A stretch of DNA of 64,000 bases from assembly GCA_003241485.1 (NCBI GenBank), contig QFQD01000003.1, forward strand, positions 47,720-111,719. Reading direction: 5' to 3'. Below the pieces are notes generated by a model, which was not told where the DNA came from, ran no database searches, and saw nothing but the letters and a program-made list of their open reading frames with translations. Of the stretch, positions 1 through 9,378 are shown piece after piece. Each line of letters starts with the position of its first letter. Position 1 is the first letter of the stretch. Made by a program: the position numbers and the translations under genes. Origin of the DNA: Ancylobacter novellus (GTDB lineage: Bacteria; Pseudomonadota; Alphaproteobacteria; Rhizobiales; Xanthobacteraceae).

Positions 1-2
1 TC

Positions 3-1028
3 GCCGTCAGCACCTCGCTCAGCGCCGGAAACGGACTTCTGATCCGGGACCGCGCAGCTTTTGAACGCGCACGCAATCTGAACGCGGTGGTCTTCGACAA
101 GACCGGAACGCTGACGGAGGGCCGCTTCGGCGTGAGCGACATCGTGCTGCTCGCCGTCGGTGACGAGAATGAGGAACTCGCCTTGGCCGCAGCGGCCGAG
201 AGCCAGTCCGAGCATCCGATCGCCCACGGCATCGTCGCCAAGGCCAGGGATCGCAGCTTGACCGTCCCGAAGGCAAACGAGGTCAGCAACATCACCGGAG
301 AGGGCATCGTCGCAAAGGTCGACGACGCCGATATCCGTATCGTGAGCCCCGGCCACCTTGCAAGGCAGGGCAAGGCGATCGGCCATGAGCGGCTCAAGCA
401 ATTGGAGGCCCAGGGCAAGACGGTGGTCGTCCTCGTCCGCGACGGCGAGCCGCGCGCGCTGTTCGCGCTGGCCGACATCGTCCGGCCGGAATCGAAGGAG
501 GCCATTGCCGAATTGAAGGCGCTCGGGATCAACTCCGTGATGCTCACCGGCGATGCTAACGGGGTTGCGCAAGCGGTGTCGGACGAACTGGGCATAGCTG
601 AATATTTTGCCGAGGTTCTACCGGACCAGAAGTCCGAGAAGATCAAGGAACTGCAGGCGCGCGGACTGCAGGTTGCCATGGTTGGCGACGGCGTAAATGA
701 CGCGCCAGCGCTGGTCGTGGCCGATCTCGGGATCGCCATCGGCGCTGGCACCGACGTCGCCGTGGAATCGGCCGACGTCGTCCTGGTCAGGAGCGATCCG
801 CGCGATGTGGCCGCGATCCTCGGCCTGTCACGCGCCACCTACCGCAAGATGGTGCAGAACCTGATCTGGGCGACCGGTTACAACGCAATTGCCATCCCGA
901 TGGCGGCGGGCATCACCTTCGGAACGGGTTTCCTGATGACCCCGGCCGTCGCCGCCGTGTTCATGTCGGCCAGCACCGTCATCGTCGCCATCAACGCGCA
1001 GTTTCTGCGTTTCTACCGGAAGAAATGA
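3..1028 (+). CDS. Heavy-metal translocating P1B-type ATPase, C-terminal part (5' end lies outside the window; CopB-like C-terminus)
   Basis: The frame is open from base 3. It shows the DKTGTLT phosphorylation motif, [10 protein letters not shown] hinge, VLVRSDPRDV and the final TM helices. Stop is TGA at 1026-1028. Confidence 0.9.
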   Translation, partial: AVSTSLSAGNGLLIRDRAAFERARNLNAVVFDKTGTLTEGRFGVSDIVLLAVGDENEELALAAAAESQSEHPIAHGIVAKARDRSLTVPKANEVSNITGEGIVAKVDDADIRIVSPGHLARQGKAIGHERLKQLEAQGKTVVVLVRDGEPRALFALADIVRPESKEAIAELKALGINSVMLTGDANGVAQAVSDELGIAEYFAEVLPDQKSEKIKELQARGLQVAMVGDGVNDAPALVVADLGIAIGAGTDVAVESADVVLVRSDPRDVAAILGLSRATYRKMVQNLIWATGYNAIAIPMAAGITFGTGFLMTPAVAAVFMSASTVIVAINAQFLRFYRKK

Positions 1029-1040
1029 GGAGCATGTTCT

Positions 1041-2087
1041 ATGCGCCTGATCCTTCCTTTGCCTGGAAGCGAAACCTTCGCCCGCCATCTCACCGAAGCT
1101 GGGGGATGGGAGCTCGGCACCGTCGATACACGGCGATTTCCTGACGGCGAGACCTATGTCCGGATTCTGTCCGATGTCGCGGACCGGCCCGTCGATTTCG
1201 TCTGCACCTTGGCGCGGCCGGACGATGGGTTCCTGCGTCTCGTGTTCGCGGCCGATGCGGCCCGGTCGCTCGGCGCGCGCGAGGTCACGCTCGTTGCGCC
1301 CTATCTCGCCTATATGCGACAAGATCGTTGCTTTCTGCCCGGCGAAGCGGTGACCTCAAAGACCTTTGCCCGCCTCGTGTCCTCGACCTTCAACCGGCTG
1401 GTGACCGTCGACCCCCACCTCCATCGCTATCCCGCTCTTTCTGCGCTCTACTCGATCCCCGCAGAGACGCTTCATGCCGCGCCGCTTCTCGCCGACTGGA
1501 TCGCGGCCGAGGTGGAGAAGCCACTCATCATCGGGCCGGACGAGGAAAGCGAGCAGTGGGTCTCGGCCATTGCAGCGCGCATCGGCGCACCCCATGCCGT
1601 TCTACGCAAGACCAGGCACGGTGACCGCAGCGTCGACGTCGAACTCCCCGACCTCTCGCAATGGAGCGGCCTCCGGCCGGTCCTCGTCGACGACATCGCG
1701 TCGTCCGGCGACACGCTAGTTGAAGCCGCCTGTAAGCTCCCGCTCCAGGGATTCGCGCGGCCCATCTGCGCAGTCATCCATGGCCTCTTCGCCGAGGGTT
1801 CTTACGAACGATTGTTGATCGTCGCCGACAGGATCGTTTCGAGCGATTCTGTCCTACATGCGAGCAACGCCATCCATCTCGCACCTCTGATCGCCGTCAC
1901 CCTCTCGGCCCCCCAGAATGTCCCGCAGGATATCGTCCGCCACAGGCGGCCGCCCGAACCGGTCGACGAAGTCGAGCGCGCAGGCGTCGACTCCTTTCCG
2001 GCCAGCGATCCTCCGCCATGGACAAGCAGCGTCAGTCGGACGCGGACGCCGATCCCACGACAAGGAAAAGGTCATAGTGCAACATGA
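1041..2087 (+). CDS. Ribose-phosphate pyrophosphokinase (PRPP synthetase)-family protein with a C-terminal extension
   Basis: GAGGAG RBS at 1027-1032. N-terminal Prs-like fold motifs (RRFPDGE, VAPYLAYMRQDR) and the PRPP-binding loop VLVDDIASSGDTL. Its stop overlaps the next gene's start (ATGA at 2084-2087). Confidence 0.8.
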   Translation: MRLILPLPGSETFARHLTEAGGWELGTVDTRRFPDGETYVRILSDVADRPVDFVCTLARPDDGFLRLVFAADAARSLGAREVTLVAPYLAYMRQDRCFLPGEAVTSKTFARLVSSTFNRLVTVDPHLHRYPALSALYSIPAETLHAAPLLADWIAAEVEKPLIIGPDEESEQWVSAIAARIGAPHAVLRKTRHGDRSVDVELPDLSQWSGLRPVLVDDIASSGDTLVEAACKLPLQGFARPICAVIHGLFAEGSYERLLIVADRIVSSDSVLHASNAIHLAPLIAVTLSAPQNVPQDIVRHRRPPEPVDEVERAGVDSFPASDPPPWTSSVSRTRTPIPRQGKGHSAT

Positions 2088-4453
2088 GTAAAACGACATT
2101 GGACGCGTTCGCGATCTGGCAGAAGGGCTACGGGCCCATTAAGCACAGCGCCGAGACGGTCGAGCGTGTTGCAGCACTGGCAGAATCGGGACACATGGTA
2201 CCCGACAGGCTCTACCGGCTACTCGCCGCCGCCGACCGTCTGACCTGCGCGGCAATGTGGACCGTTGTCCACATGACCTATGCCCTCCGGGTCGATCTTT
2301 CGGGCGCGCCGCTACCGGCGAATGCGTTCAAGCCGACGCCCGAGGGCCATACCGGTGGCTCGCTCAACATGGTTCCTGCTTTTGTCGGGTATCTCACGGC
2401 CAACACGATCACCGCCAAGACCCGCTCCTGGCTGATGGGGCAAGGTCATTGCGTCGCTGCGATCGAAGCCGTCAACGCACTGACCGGCGACGTCTCGCTG
2501 ACGCAGAAGGCTCGCTACGACCGAACCGAGAAGGGGCTGTCCCAGCTCGCAGCCGACTTCTATTCCTACGCGATCGATGCGGAGGGCCGAGCGGCCGTCC
2601 CGCTCGGCAGCCATGCCGGTCCCCACACCGCCGGGGCGATCTCCGAGGGCGGCTACCTCGGCTTCGCCGAGGTACAATATGTGCACATGCCGCTTCCCGG
2701 GGAGAGCCTCGTCGCTTTCCTGAGCGACGGCGCTTTCGAGGAGCAGCGCGGATCGGACTGGACGCCCCGCTGGTGGCGCGCCGAGGAGTCGGGCCTTGCG
2801 ATCCCCATCATGATCCTCAACGGACGTCGCATCGAGGAGCGCGCGCAGATTGCCCAGCAAGGCGGAACCGACTGGCTCGCGGCCCATCTTCGCCACAACG
2901 GCTTCGATCCCTTCGCGATCGACGGCCGTGATCCGGCCGCGTTCGTCTGGGCGATTCTCACGGCCGAGGAGCGGCTCGGACGTTTCGCCGCCGATGCCGA
3001 CCACAGCTATCCCGCGCCCATCCCCTATGTGATCGCCGAGACGGTCAAGGGGTTCGGCTTTCCAGGCGCCGGCACCAACGCTGCGCACAACCTTCCGATC
3101 GACGGCAATCCGTCGCGCGATGATGCGGCACGAAACGCCTTCAACCAAGCTTCAGCTGCGCTCTTCGTGCCTATCGAAGAGATCGATCACGCGGTCGGCG
3201 CGCTTGCCGTCCATGACTCGCAGAACCGGCCGCTTGAAAGCCGGCATCCGCTCGCACTGCGACGCCCGCTGTCACCCCAACTCCCCGAACCCGAATGGAC
3301 CCGCGCGGGCGATCCGCCGGATTGCGCCATGCATGCGCTTGACCGCTGGTTCGTACGCGTCCTCGATGCCAATCCGGGCCTGCGGCCGCGGGTCGGCAAT
3401 CCCGACGAAATGCGATCCAACCATATGGGCGCCGCGCTCGATCGCCTGCGGCATCGCGTCAACGTCGCCGAGCGCGGGGTAGCCGAAGCCGTAGATGGCG
3501 CCGTCATCACCGCGCTCAACGAGGAAGCAGTTGCAGGTGCGGCGCTCGCCAACAAGGGCGGGCTCAACCTGATCGTCAGCTATGAGGCCTTCGCCATGAA
3601 AATGCTCGGCGGGCTGCGTCAGGAGATCGTCTTCGCCCGGCGCCAGCGCGAGGTTGGCCGGGAGCCCGGGTGGATCTCGGTGCCCCTTGTCCTCACCTCC
3701 CACACCTGGGAGAACTCCAAGAACGAACAATCGCACCAGGATCCGACGATCGGTGAGGCGCTGCTCGGCGAAATGTCGGATACAGCGCGGGTGCTCTTTC
3801 CAGTCGACGGGAACAGCGCCATGGCCGCGCTGCGATCGGTCTACGACGGACGCGGCCAAGTGGCCTGCCTGATCGTATCGAAGCGCGACATGCCACACCG
3901 GCTCGAAGGCGAGGCGGCCAGCCGGTTCGTGACCTTGGGCGCGGCCCATATCGACGGCCATCCCAGCGAAGCCGACCTGCAACTGGTGGCGATTGGAGCC
4001 TATCAGCTCGAGGAGGCGCTCAAAGCCGCCCAGCGATTGAAGGCACATGGCCGCCGTATCGTCGTAACGGCTGTTTGCGAACCCGGCCGCTTCCGTGCGG
4101 CGCGCGACCCGATCGAGGCCGCCTTCACCGCGAGCGATGAGGATCTCGCCGCACTGTTTCCACCGCAGCTGTCCCGCGTGATCGTCAGCCATACGCGGCC
4201 CGAGCCGATGCTCGGCCTGTTGCGCCGGCTGGATGGCGGCCCGACACGGACGGTCGCGCGCGGCTATACCAGCCGTGGCGGTACGCTCGACGTCGCGGGC
4301 ATGCTGTTCGCCAATCGCTGCTCCTGGGCGCATCTGATCGATGCAGCGGTCCCGCTTTCGGGCTGGACGCGCGACGACCTGCTCACGCCCGCCGAGCGCG
4401 CCGCCGTCGACGGTCGGGGCAACCCTGCTGATCTTTTCCAACCCGCGATCTGA
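2084..4453 (+). CDS. Phosphoketolase-family protein (divergent XFP)
   Basis: 789 aa. Motifs: GHTGGSLN, GQGHCVAAIEAV, EGGYLGF (a variant of EGGELGY), NPDEMRSN, HTWENSKNEQSHQDP. Start overlaps the upstream stop. Confidence 0.85.
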   Translation: MSKTTLDAFAIWQKGYGPIKHSAETVERVAALAESGHMVPDRLYRLLAAADRLTCAAMWTVVHMTYALRVDLSGAPLPANAFKPTPEGHTGGSLNMVPAFVGYLTANTITAKTRSWLMGQGHCVAAIEAVNALTGDVSLTQKARYDRTEKGLSQLAADFYSYAIDAEGRAAVPLGSHAGPHTAGAISEGGYLGFAEVQYVHMPLPGESLVAFLSDGAFEEQRGSDWTPRWWRAEESGLAIPIMILNGRRIEERAQIAQQGGTDWLAAHLRHNGFDPFAIDGRDPAAFVWAILTAEERLGRFAADADHSYPAPIPYVIAETVKGFGFPGAGTNAAHNLPIDGNPSRDDAARNAFNQASAALFVPIEEIDHAVGALAVHDSQNRPLESRHPLALRRPLSPQLPEPEWTRAGDPPDCAMHALDRWFVRVLDANPGLRPRVGNPDEMRSNHMGAALDRLRHRVNVAERGVAEAVDGAVITALNEEAVAGAALANKGGLNLIVSYEAFAMKMLGGLRQEIVFARRQREVGREPGWISVPLVLTSHTWENSKNEQSHQDPTIGEALLGEMSDTARVLFPVDGNSAMAALRSVYDGRGQVACLIVSKRDMPHRLEGEAASRFVTLGAAHIDGHPSEADLQLVAIGAYQLEEALKAAQRLKAHGRRIVVTAVCEPGRFRAARDPIEAAFTASDEDLAALFPPQLSRVIVSHTRPEPMLGLLRRLDGGPTRTVARGYTSRGGTLDVAGMLFANRCSWAHLIDAAVPLSGWTRDDLLTPAERAAVDGRGNPADLFQPAI

Positions 4454-4461
4454 AGGCCGCC

Positions 4462-5820
4462 ATGCTCACGCTGACCTCGCTGGGCGGTGCAGGCACCGTC
4501 ACCGGCTCGAAACACCTCCTTGCTCATGATGGAAAGCGCATTCTGATAGACTGCGGTCTGTTCCAAGGCCTGAAGAATTTACGCGAGCTCAATTGGGCGC
4601 CATTGCTGGTCGAACCCTCGATCATTGATGCCGTCGTATTGACCCACGCCCATCTCTACCATTCCGGCTATCTCCCCAAGCTGGTGCGTGACGGCTTTCG
4701 TGGCCGCATCTTCGCCAGCGGCGCCACCCGCGACGTTGCCGAACTGATCCTCAAGGACAGCGGCCACCTTCAGGAGAAGGATGCCGAGTACGCGAACCGC
4801 AAAGGTTTCTCCAAGCACAAGCCCGCCCTGCCGCTCTACGGGATTCGCGATGCGGAACGTGCGCTCGAATTCTTCTCGGCCGTTCCCTTTGGAAGGCCTA
4901 TTCAGCTTCCAGGCGGCGCGACGCTGACTTTTCGTCATGCCGGTCACATCCTGGGTGCGGCAACCGCCGACGTGGAATGGGCCGGCCGCCGCATTGCCTT
5001 CTCCGGCGATCTCGGACGCTACGGCGACCCGGTCATGCCCGATCCCGAACCGATTCCAGAAGCCGACTACATCGTCATCGAGTCCACCTACGGAAATCGC
5101 GTCCACGAGCCGGGTGACACCACCGAACGCCTCGGCGCTGTCATCGAGCGCACGGTCCAGCGCGGCGGCACCGTGGTGATCCCGACCTTCGCGGTCGGCC
5201 GTGCACAGTCGCTGCTCTATCATCTGTGGAAACTGAAGACCGCGGGCCGGCTTCCAAACATTCCGATCTATCTTGACAGCCCCATGTCGATCGACGCCAC
5301 CGACCTGCTTCATGCCCACCGTGCCGATCATCGCCTCGCGCCGGAAGACTGCGGTGCGATCTGCGGGATCGCCACCTATACGAGGGACGTCGAAGGTTCC
5401 AAGGCGATCACCGCGAGCCCCTTTCCGAAGGTAGTGATCTCGGCGAGCGGCATGGCAACCGGCGGTCGCGTGCTCCATCATCTGAAGGCTTTTGCACCTG
5501 AACAAAAAAACACGATCCTGTTTTCCGGTTTCCAAGCCGCCGGTACGCGCGGGCGCGCGATGTTGCAGGATGCTCAGGAAATCAAGATCCATGGCGAATG
5601 GATTCCCGTTCGCGCGGAAGTCGACGATCTGGCGATGCTCTCGGCCCACGCCGACTCCGACGAGCTGATGCGCTGGCTCTCGGGCTTCCGTCACGGCCCA
5701 TCACGTGTCTTCATCGTGCATGGAGAGCCTGAGGCGGCTGAGGCGTTGCGCATACGCATCGACAAGGATCTCGCATGGAGCGCGAGCGTTCCCCGTCAGG
5801 ATCAGGCGTTCGATCTATGA
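4462..5820 (+). CDS. MBL-fold metallo-hydrolase of the beta-CASP / RNA-specificity-domain type
   Basis: 452 aa. HxHxDH-like motif (LTHAHLYHSGYLP) and the beta-CASP C-terminal region (LSAHADSDEL, FIVHGE). It starts 8 nt after the upstream stop. Confidence 0.8.
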   Translation: MLTLTSLGGAGTVTGSKHLLAHDGKRILIDCGLFQGLKNLRELNWAPLLVEPSIIDAVVLTHAHLYHSGYLPKLVRDGFRGRIFASGATRDVAELILKDSGHLQEKDAEYANRKGFSKHKPALPLYGIRDAERALEFFSAVPFGRPIQLPGGATLTFRHAGHILGAATADVEWAGRRIAFSGDLGRYGDPVMPDPEPIPEADYIVIESTYGNRVHEPGDTTERLGAVIERTVQRGGTVVIPTFAVGRAQSLLYHLWKLKTAGRLPNIPIYLDSPMSIDATDLLHAHRADHRLAPEDCGAICGIATYTRDVEGSKAITASPFPKVVISASGMATGGRVLHHLKAFAPEQKNTILFSGFQAAGTRGRAMLQDAQEIKIHGEWIPVRAEVDDLAMLSAHADSDELMRWLSGFRHGPSRVFIVHGEPEAAEALRIRIDKDLAWSASVPRQDQAFDL

Positions 5821-7349
5821 TCGTAGCCTCCGAACGGACTGACGCCCTCGTACAGCCAATGCTCCGCGCCAAGCGGCTCGGCCTCCACACCCAGCATCAG
5901 GCGGTGGTCATCATGCGGACCGATTGCCATGTCTGCCGTTCGGAGGGCCTTGCCGCACGCTCCCAGGTCCTCGTTTCAATTGGCAACCGGCAGGTACAGG
6001 CAATCCTCTTTCAGATAGAGGGCGACGAATTGATCGCGCTCGACGAGGTCGCACTTTCTGAGGCCGCCTGGGCGCTCCTCGGCGTTGCGGATGGCGAGCC
6101 CGTCAAAGTCACGCATGCGCCCGCGATCGAATCGTTGGCTAGCGTCCGCCGACGCATCTACGGCAACCGGCTCGACACATCGGCCCTCGCGGCGATCGTC
6201 AAGGATGTTGTCGCGGGCCGATACACCGACGTGCATCTTGCCGCTTTCCTGACGGCGGGCGCCGCCTTGCCTCTTGACGAGGAGGAGACCGCCAACCTGA
6301 CAGGTGCGATGGTTGAAGTTGGCGACCGCATGCGCTGGGACGCTCCAATCATCGTCGACAAGCACTGCATCGGTGGCCTGCCGGGCAATCGCACCACGCC
6401 GATCATTGTCGCGATCGTTGCGGCGCAGGGCCTCATCATGCCCAAGACCTCTTCACGGGCCATAACCTCGCCGGCAGGCACGGCCGACACAATGGAGACG
6501 CTCGCTCCGGTCGACCTCGACATTGTGATGCTCCGGCGCGTAGTGGAGGCTGAAGGTGGCTGCATCGCCTGGGGTGGCGCGGTGCATCTTAGTCCCGCCG
6601 ACGACATCTTCGTGCGCGTCGAGCGTGAGCTCGATATCGATACCGAAGGCCAACTCATCGCGTCCGTGCTGTCGAAGAAAATTTCCGCTGGCTCAACCCA
6701 TGTAGTGATCGATATTCCTGTCGGCCCGACTGCCAAGGTTCGCAGCGAGGAGGTCGCCGGTCACCTCGCCGAGCGCATGGGGGCGGTCGCCGCGCGCTTC
6801 GGCCTGTCCGCGATATGTCTCCAGACCGATGGCTCACAGCCGGTCGGCAGGGGGATCGGGCCGGCCCTTGAGGCTCTCGATGTCCTGGCTGTCCTTCAAA
6901 ACGCCAGTAGCGCGCCGGACGATCTCAGGAGGCGCGCTATGACGCTTGCGGGCGCAGCACTCGAAATCGGTGGGAAAGCCGAAAAAGGCCAGGGGACGCG
7001 ATTGGCGCTCGAAACGCTCGCCGACGGCCGGGCCTGGAGGAAGTTCGAAGCGATCTGTGAGGCACAGGGTGGAATGCGCACGCCCCCGACTGCGGCCAAC
7101 GTCCATCCGCTTATGGCGCCGCACCCAGGACGCGTCGTTCATGTCGACAATCGAAGGCTCGCCCGACTTGCCAAACTCGCTGGGGCGCCCGAGGCCAAGG
7201 CCGCCGGCGTTCGCATGGACGTGCGGTTGGGCGACGAGGTCGAACAGGGTCAGCCAATGCTTCATGTCCATGCCGAGACGCGTGCCGAACTCTCCTATGC
7301 CCTGGAATACGCCGCCCGGTCCGGCGATATCGTCAAGGTCGAACCATGA
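5817..7349 (+). CDS. Long-form thymidine phosphorylase family protein (AMP-phosphorylase-like branch, with an N-terminal extension)
   Basis: ATG at 5817 overlaps the upstream TGA (ATGA at 5817-5820). About 510 aa with an N-terminal ~80-aa domain (LRAKRLGLHTQH..VVIMRTDC). The glycosyl-transferase family 3 core shows DKHCIGGLPGNRTT and TSSRAITSPAGTADTME. Confidence 0.85.
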   Translation: MIVASERTDALVQPMLRAKRLGLHTQHQAVVIMRTDCHVCRSEGLAARSQVLVSIGNRQVQAILFQIEGDELIALDEVALSEAAWALLGVADGEPVKVTHAPAIESLASVRRRIYGNRLDTSALAAIVKDVVAGRYTDVHLAAFLTAGAALPLDEEETANLTGAMVEVGDRMRWDAPIIVDKHCIGGLPGNRTTPIIVAIVAAQGLIMPKTSSRAITSPAGTADTMETLAPVDLDIVMLRRVVEAEGGCIAWGGAVHLSPADDIFVRVERELDIDTEGQLIASVLSKKISAGSTHVVIDIPVGPTAKVRSEEVAGHLAERMGAVAARFGLSAICLQTDGSQPVGRGIGPALEALDVLAVLQNASSAPDDLRRRAMTLAGAALEIGGKAEKGQGTRLALETLADGRAWRKFEAICEAQGGMRTPPTAANVHPLMAPHPGRVVHVDNRRLARLAKLAGAPEAKAAGVRMDVRLGDEVEQGQPMLHVHAETRAELSYALEYAARSGDIVKVEP

Positions 7350-7444
7350 GGCGGCCGTTGGTTCTCGCCCATGTAGCGACAACGCCTTACGATCAATTCT
7401 ATCGGTGCGACAAGCTACCGCTCAAGATGAACAGGCGGCAATCG

Positions 7445-7463
7445 TGATCAGCTGCGCTGATCA
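7445..7463. promoter_or_regulatory. Perfect 8-3-8 palindrome TGATCAGC-TGC-GCTGATCA, 16 nt upstream of the MgtC-family start
   Basis: Read directly from the sequence. Its position immediately 5' of the ATG at 7479 suggests an operator or leader structure. The binding factor is unknown. Confidence 0.25.
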
Positions 7464-7478
7464 TGTGACTCTACCATC

Positions 7479-8777
7479 ATGGACCAGGCCATGGACGTCT
7501 TGATCTTGCAGCTCGGTCTGTCACTTGCCATCGGGTTGCTCGTCGGCCTGGAGCGTGGGTGGCACGAGCGCGACACTCCGGATGGCGGGCGGGCGGCGGG
7601 TATCCGGACATACGGAATTTCCGGACTGCTCGGCGGGGTTGCGGCGGCTCTCAGCGCCAGCCTCGACGCCCCCTCCATCCTGATCGCAGGCTTCCTCGCC
7701 TTCACTGCGGTCTTCGCCTGGTACAAGGCACGCGAATCTCTCCACGAGGAGGATTACAGCGTGACTGGGATCATCGCCGCTCTGGGCGTGTTCGCTCTGG
7801 GGGCGCTTGCCGTCGTCGGGGATCAACGTGCCGCGGCTGCCGGCGGGGCTGCGCTCGCCGCCGTCCTCGCCAGTCGCGAACTTCTGCACGGGCTTCTCAG
7901 GCGAATTTCCTGGATCGAGCTCCGTTCGGCTCTGGTGCTCGCCGTGATGACGGCGATCATCCTGCCACTGCTGCCCGATCGAGCCATCGATCCATGGGGC
8001 GGGTTCAATCCCCGGCAGGTATGGCTCTTCACCGTGCTGACGGCTGCGATCTCTTTCCTCGGCTACATCGCGGTCCGGGCCCTCGGCACGACCCGGGGTG
8101 TTCTGGTCAGCGGTCTTGCAGGAGCCGTCATCTCGTCCACCGCCGTAACACTCTCGCTGGCGCGGACGGCCAAGACGGGAGGGGATTCCCGGCCATTGGT
8201 GGGTGCCGCGATCCTTGCGGCGGGCGTTTCTGTGATCCGGGTCACCGCCATCATCGCCATCGTCGCGCCGTCCGTGCTGGGCGTCGCGGGGCTGGCCATC
8301 CTGGCCGCAATAGCCAGCTTTGCAATCTGCGGCATTTCCCTCCTGCTGTCGCGCCACACCATTTCGGGCGAAGGTCCGCAACCGCCGGGCAACCCTTTCG
8401 AGGTGGGACCGCTGATCCTGTTTGCGGGGCTCTTCGCGGTCGTCTCCACCTTGAGCGCCGCCCTTTCGGTCGGAAGCAGTGGCGGGATGGTGGCGACCTC
8501 CGCCATCTCGGGACTATTCGACGTAGATGTCGCGGTGCTGAGCGCGTTGCGGCTGCTCGGACAGCCGGCAACCATCGAGGCGGTTGGACACGCCGCGCTT
8601 CTGGCGCTCGCCACGAATGCCATTGGCCGCCTGACAATCGCCGCCGCTGCGGGGCCGGTTCGCTTCTGGCTCCCGCTGGCGGGCGCCACCGTGGTGTCCA
8701 TTGCGCTCGGCTATGCCGCCTTTGCGACGCTGCCGCATTTCGAGTGGCCGAGCCCGTCCGCCGTGACCGGGTCTTGA
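7479..8777 (+). CDS. MgtC/SapB-family N-terminal domain plus DUF4010 membrane protein
   Basis: 432 aa, polytopic. N-terminal LSLAIGLLVGLERGWHER is typical of MgtC/DUF4010 proteins. Confidence 0.75.
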   Translation: MDQAMDVLILQLGLSLAIGLLVGLERGWHERDTPDGGRAAGIRTYGISGLLGGVAAALSASLDAPSILIAGFLAFTAVFAWYKARESLHEEDYSVTGIIAALGVFALGALAVVGDQRAAAAGGAALAAVLASRELLHGLLRRISWIELRSALVLAVMTAIILPLLPDRAIDPWGGFNPRQVWLFTVLTAAISFLGYIAVRALGTTRGVLVSGLAGAVISSTAVTLSLARTAKTGGDSRPLVGAAILAAGVSVIRVTAIIAIVAPSVLGVAGLAILAAIASFAICGISLLLSRHTISGEGPQPPGNPFEVGPLILFAGLFAVVSTLSAALSVGSSGGMVATSAISGLFDVDVAVLSALRLLGQPATIEAVGHAALLALATNAIGRLTIAAAAGPVRFWLPLAGATVVSIALGYAAFATLPHFEWPSPSAVTGS

Positions 8778-9019
8778 ATGGATGACACGGGAGCATATTC
8801 CATCGCCCTGCACCCGGGCAACTTTGCCGAGGAGGGAGCTCGGTGCCTGAAGCCGCGGCAGAATTCTCCTCGTCTGCCCGACCTCATGTTGTTTAGACGG
8901 GATGATCTGAGCACTGTCCGTGAGTTCGGCATTGTTAAACTCGGCGTCACGGCACATCGGGATGGCTCCGGAATGGAGTACAGCTCCCGGCCATCTCCGT
9001 TCCGACAGCGCACCATAGC

Positions 9020-9048
9020 GCCGGTCCGCTGCATGCCAGCGGACCGGC
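9020..9048. terminator. GC-rich hairpin (12-bp perfect stem GCCGGTCCGCTG / CAGCGGACCGGC, 5-nt loop) between the convergent MgtC-family and copZ genes
   Basis: The stem-loop is read directly and lies 30 nt downstream of the copZ stop. No clear U-tract on either strand, so function as an intrinsic terminator is uncertain. Confidence 0.35.
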
Positions 9049-9077
9049 TCCTATCCTTGCCCCGCGAGAAAAATGCC

Positions 9078-9281
9078 TCAGCCGGTTTGAACCTCCGCAG
9101 GATAGCCTGCGGATTTAAGCACCGCGCAGATTTGATCGACGCCCGCCCTGCTCTCCAGTCTCACGATCTTCAGTGCCTGATCGACGTCAATCCTGGCGTC
9201 GGCGTCGATGCTCTTAAGGGCTTTGGTGACGGTTGCAGCGCAGCCGCCGCAGTTCATGTTGGGGATTTTCAAATTGACCAT
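9078..9281 (-). CDS. copZ: Heavy-metal-associated (HMA) domain copper chaperone
   Basis: 67 aa with the MNCGGC metal-binding motif and a ferredoxin-like HMA pattern. AGGAG RBS upstream. Divergent from copA. Confidence 0.9.
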   Translation of the reverse strand: MVNLKIPNMNCGGCAATVTKALKSIDADARIDVDQALKIVRLESRAGVDQICAVLKSAGYPAEVQTG

Positions 9282-9316
9282 GGCACTCTCCTTGATTTGC
9301 CTTTCATGAGTGAAAG

Positions 9317-9343
9317 TGGGGCTTCCAACAATGGGAAGGTCAA
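9317..9343 (-). promoter_or_regulatory. MerR/CueR-type promoter-operator for copZ (TTGACC -35, 19-bp spacer containing the CTTCC-N7-GGAAG dyad)
   Basis: On the minus strand it reads TTGACCTTCCCATTGTTGGAAGCCCCA. This is identical to the 27-mer at 9379-9405 and resembles the E. coli copA promoter TTGACCTTCCCCTTGCTGGAAGG. Confidence 0.7.
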
Positions 9344-9378
9344 TAGGTCTGCCCGCCGAAAAATCGCATCAATCGGCG

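Noticed and set aside
8925-8938. Weak match TTCGG-CATT-GTTAA to the recurrent dyad
   Set aside because: The left half is poor. The site also lies between two convergent gene ends, where no promoter is expected.
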